From contig NC_068983.1 in the NCBI RefSeq assembly GCF_001194135.2, forward strand, positions 38,802,003-38,866,002: a stretch of DNA of 64,000 bases, in the 5' to 3' direction. Source of the stretch: Octopus bimaculoides. Taxonomy: Eukaryota. Position 1 is the first letter of the stretch. The number at the start of each line of letters is the position of its first letter. The notes under the pieces were generated by a model, which saw only the letters and a program-made list of their open reading frames with translations, searched no databases and had not been told where the DNA came from. Of this stretch, positions 63,179 to 64,000 are shown piece after piece. The position numbers were made by a program, and so were the translations under genes.

Positions 63179-64000
63179 CTCTGAAGCTGTTATTCATATA
63201 TTGCATTTCAACATTTCTAACGTCTTTGCGTTTACAGGATATTATGCAGATAAGGGAAGTGAACTCTTTACTATTAATTACATTAGAGAACATGCCTGCA
63301 CTTGCTGCAGTTTTTTTTCTTTTATTTCCAACAAGACAAGATAAAAATATCATTTGAAGTGATGTTTGATAAGAGGAAGATTTTATTAGAACATTAAAGT
63401 AATATTATCTAGCGAGTGTATGTGTATTTATTTGTGTGTGAGAGAGGGAACTGAAACATGTATACATGTAAATCTCTACATGTGTGTACATGTATACATA
63501 CATACATAGACACACACACATCATCGTTTTAACATCCATTTCTCCGATACTTGCATGGGTTGAACAAAATTCATTGAGGCAGGTTTTCTCTCTCATCCTT
63601 TTCCCCACTCCCTGGTGCCAACCCTCACATGTTTCCAAGCAAGATAGAATTTTCCCGTGATCGAACATGTTTTCATGAAAGACTGGAAACAAACAAAGTG
63701 ACTGGAAATCAATGTATGATGGTGACACTCATTTACAACTATCGCATGATACCAAGACATAGATGCAGTAGCACACATGCATGCATGCACATACACACGC
63801 ACAAGCACACACACACACAAAAATGAACAATAGAATTATTTGAGTTTCAGCTAATTAAACCTATTCACAAGGCTTGGGTTATCTCTGAGCCATAGCAAAA
63901 GGCACTTGTCCAAGGTGCCATGCAGTGGCACTGAACTCAAAGCCATATTGATATAAAGTCATGTTTATCATACTTGAGGATGCTCAGATGTGGGAAGACC

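Noticed and set aside
63200-63345. Strong plus-strand acceptor (ctaac...tttacag at 63237)
   Set aside because: No convincing donor or recognisable peptide downstream; needs RNA data.

Overview
This is a eukaryotic, AT-rich, repeat-saturated window with about 10 N-gaps, consistent with a short-read scaffold. Its SINE families, (CA/TA/GAT)n load and composition point to an octopod genome (Octopus sp.); that assignment is inference. There is no long ORF. Almost all ORFs in the track are translated microsatellites or SINEs. The supportable content is: (i) dozens of tRNA-headed SINEs in about four families; (ii) decayed autonomous transposon remnants: a DD34D mariner with two nested SINEs, a Tc1 fragment, two RTE-clade LINE fragments and a HERO/R2-group RLE-endonuclease LINE 3' end; (iii) non-autonomous DNA elements (three Tc1/pogo-type MITE copies, a Tigger-like MITE, a TTAA piggyBac MITE, a Helentron-type HINE); (iv) several fold-back palindromes; and (v) a few candidate host exons, the best being a phase-consistent minus-strand trio at 36.1, 34.9 and 34.3 kb whose protein I do not recognise. 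The most notable observation is a set of Penelope-type minimal type-I hammerhead ribozyme motifs from at least five unrelated sequence families (13.2, 23.5, 41.4, 44.5, 59.5 kb). One has an intact catalytic core, one sits inside a perfect 24-bp terminal inverted repeat, and two occur as inverted pairs forming long hairpins.
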